A stretch of DNA of 63,880 nucleotides, filler included, from Choristocarpus tenellus KU-1152 (Eukaryota; Protista; Phaeophyceae), in assembly GCA_964200185.2 (NCBI GenBank). It is 11 parts of 11 records of this genome, joined end to end, with 100 filler letters (N's around TTAATTAATTAA, not from the genome) between each part and the next. Parts side by side here need not be neighbours in the genome. Positions count along the whole stretch, not along the records: positions 61,210 to 63,880 come from CAXNAD020025776.1; 10 more parts are not named here. One strand, given 5' to 3'. The notes below the pieces were generated by a model that was not told the DNA's origin, searched no databases, and saw nothing but the letters and a program-made list of their open reading frames with translations. This document shows, piece after piece, positions 63,857-63,880 of this stretch. A program made the translations under genes and the position numbers. Every line of letters starts with the position of its first letter. Within the stretch, counting starts at the first letter, position 1.

Positions 63857-63880
63857 GACCCAAAGTATCTGGGGGGAGGG
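63857..63880 (+). mobile_element. Left end of another poly-G-type element (family B, C or D)
   Basis: GACCCAAAGTATCTGGGGGGAGGG at the window end. Confidence 0.7.

Noticed and set aside
1-63880. Fanzor/TnpB RNA-guided nuclease associated with the MITE-like ends
   Set aside because: No ORF with RuvC-like D..E..D motifs and a zinc finger was seen in this window

Overview
Repeat-rich, intron-containing eukaryotic draft DNA. It is consistent with a flagellate-stage photosynthetic stramenopile such as a brown alga; this is an inference from TTAGGG-type motifs, an AP2 protein, a CFAP92-like gene and a possible bipartite plastid presequence. The window is 11 contig pieces joined by artificial 100-bp N-TTAATTAATTAA-N spacers, so adjacency across gaps is not reliable. 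Recognisable content: two tRNA genes (Ala-AGC, Leu-TAG); the 3' exons of a UvrD/FBH1-like SF1 helicase; CFAP92-like exons; an RS/acidic low-complexity protein; an AP2/ERF-domain protein; a SIL1-motif + ubiquitin-like protein; a degenerate 2OG-Fe(II) oxygenase-GNAT fusion; about 17 copies or fragments of several MITE-like families sharing one terminal motif (G-R-S-Y-S-AAAGTATCT); decayed Copia, Gypsy and LINE relics; and several minisatellites. The most unusual item is the first contig. There, a Cys-rich transposase-like ORF and a ParB/sulfiredoxin-fold (DGNHR) ORF point away from each other across about 2 kb of tandem repeats and palindromes.
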